A stretch of 64,000 nt of DNA from Dimorphilus gyrociliatus (lineage: Eukaryota; Animalia; Annelida): contig CAJFCJ010000002.1 of the NCBI GenBank assembly GCA_904063045.1, positions 3,839,891 through 3,903,890 of the forward strand, in the 5' to 3' direction. Positions 62,110 through 64,000 of this stretch are shown here, piece after piece; the stretch's first letter is position 1; each line of letters begins with the position of its first letter. A model generated the notes under the pieces. The model did no database searches, had not been told where the DNA came from, and was given only the letters and a program-made list of their open reading frames with translations. The translations under genes and the position numbers were made by a program.

Positions 62110-63255
62110 TTAAACGTCCTTTTTTAAGAGCTTTTGTCGTTTCCCTGCTTCCCTCATACACTCTAATACGTATCTTTCATGATCTTCAAAATTATCGAAT
62201 TTCGGAATTTTAACTGGGGGTTGATCTTTAGGTTTTCCTGATAACCATTCCACTGTCAGTTCACCACAATTTGGAAGCCCCACTTCTTTCTCAACTGCCA
62301 AAGAACTTTTTATTGACAAGAATTCAATAATTGCGGAACTCTTTTTCTTTTTTAGTAGAATGACCATTTCGTTAATTTCACCATGCTGAAATTATAAAAA
62401 ATACCTATAAATGAAATTCAAATACCATTTAAAAATATACCTACAGCTGAGAATATTTTTTTAATAGATTCTTCGTCATAACCTTCTCTCCATGAAACTT
62501 TAATTCGCATAGGTTCGTCACCCATCTCATCTACAACCACATTTATCTTATAACATTGGGTTCCTAACGGATTATAATTTTTAACTATACCTTTTCCTGC
62601 AGCTATATTTTTTATTTTTTCTCTCAGCAATCTTTGTTCCTCCTCAACTATTTTGGATCCTTGCTCTCTTAATCTATCAATCTCTTTCTCTAAATTAGCT
62701 GTGCTAGGTATATTTCTCTTTTCAAGGTAAGCTTCTTCTCTAGCTTCCAACTCTGATTGTTTTTATATTAAATCTTAGAAATTATCCTTTCAAAATAGTA
62801 TTAACATTTTTTACCTCTCTTTAATTTTCTCCTTTCGGCATTTAGTTTTAGATCTCTTATTTCAGCTGCTTTTCTAGCTTGTAAAACCTTGTCGTAAGCT
62901 GCCTAGGTCAATAGAAAAGATTTAAAGATATGATTTTCAAGTTAAGAATTTCAATTACCTTTGCATTTTCATCTGTTAAAATTTCGAGTGCTTCTGTTAA
63001 CTTATGAAATTTTTCTGCTGCTTTAGGATCATCTGGATTTTTATCAGGATGACACTCTAATGCTTTTTTTCTATAATTTTTTAGAATCTGCAAAAGTTTT
63101 CATCTTGTATTATCGCTCAGCAAATATTACATTTTCAATAAGCTAATAAAGTTTAAGAAAATTGTGTTAACCTCTTTTGACGTTGCATCGTGAGAAATAC
63201 CAAGGAATTCATAGAGATCAATTTTCAATAAATCCGATTTTTTTTTCTCTGCCAT
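62110..63255 (-). CDS. DNAJC17: DnaJ homolog subfamily C member 17 (J domain plus RRM-like C-terminus)
   Basis: [31 protein letters not shown]; IKVSW..; AIIEF; [13 protein letters not shown]. Confidence 0.92.
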
Positions 63256-63560
63256 AATGATAGATCGTAATTACGTTAAAAGCTGAAATCAAATTTGGAA
63301 ACGAATTTCATCCGCTCCAATTTTGCAACACAAAACATTTCCTTCGAAAATTATAAATATCTCTATCTAACAAATATATATATTTTAACTTATACCTACG
63401 TCTGAATGAATAAAAAATAACTTGTACGAAAATTAATATTGTTTTTGCTACTTCCGTTATTGTTATAGCAACATCACCAACAACAGTGCTTGGTTGTGGA
63501 TTAAATGTAATTTATAATATTAGAAGTTTATTTTGAAGAAAATTCTTGTCATAAAATACG

Positions 63561-64000
63561 ATGGCTGGAGAGGTATGTAGTATTATAATATCATTCTCAA
63601 AGGTAACTTATAAGGGCATAATTTGTTAGGAGAAGAAAGATAAAGCTCTAATAGATGATTCGGCTTTTGAGAAGCTTGAACTGGACTTCCAGGAGGTTTT
63701 GAAAGAGTTAATGGGAGATCGATCCCTTGAAAGATTCAGATCTGAATATGAGAAACTGCATCGGGCTCTTAAGAAAAGTCATGAGAGTGAGAAAAGATTA
63801 ATGCAAAAATGTCGCGAGCTGAACGCTGAGATAGTGGCGAACTCTGCTAAAGTAGCCACAGCTCTAAAACTATCACAAGAAGATCAATCAACTATAGCCG
63901 CATTGAAAAAAGAAATAGAAAAGGCTTGGAAATTGGTTGATGGTGCTCAAGAAAAGGAGACTAGAGCAAAAGAAACTATCCAATCCTTAAAATTAGAAAT
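63561..64000 (+). CDS. CFAP58: Cilia- and flagella-associated protein 58 (CCDC147), 5' part only
   Basis: MAGE|..FEKLELDFQEVLKELMGDRSLERFRSEYEKLHRALKKSHESEKRLMQKCRELNAEIVANSAKVATALKLSQEDQ; runs off the window end. Confidence 0.9.

Overview
AT-rich, gene-dense eukaryotic DNA with mostly 50-90 nt GT-AG introns and very short intergenic gaps. It is a compact bilaterian invertebrate genome; a miniaturised lophotrochozoan such as the annelid Dimorphilus is my inference, not verified. I support 28 protein-coding genes by manual exon assembly: two tandem SLC34 phosphate transporters, an FMRFamide-receptor-like GPCR, MPG, POMT1, an F-box protein, archaemetzincin, COQ4, GMF, TANGO2, SPAG1, BCKDHA, an SRPBCC protein, CMC1, RagA/B, two uncharacterised Ig + Cys-rich membrane proteins flanking an orphan ORF, an LRR-CaaX protein, calcyphosin-like, JIP3/4, PDHA1, YPEL, a C2H2 zinc-finger protein, MBOAT1/2, FAM47, DNAJC17 and a partial CFAP58. 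I found no convincing rRNA, tRNA, CRISPR array or intact transposon. Main observations: (1) TANGO2 lies on the same strand inside intron 1 of GMF, possibly sharing its ATG exon, with a decayed TANGO2 copy downstream of GMF. (2) A convergent pair of divergent ZPBP-like Ig/Cys-rich/TM receptors may be a gamete-recognition locus. (3) The YPEL 5' leader has several uORFs and an intron whose splicing converts one uORF into an overlapping one. (4) JIP3 has a neural-type 18-nt microexon and a cassette exon inside leucine zipper II. (5) The SLC34 paralogs differ by reciprocal intron presence/absence. All exon boundaries were read by eye and are not confirmed by transcript data.
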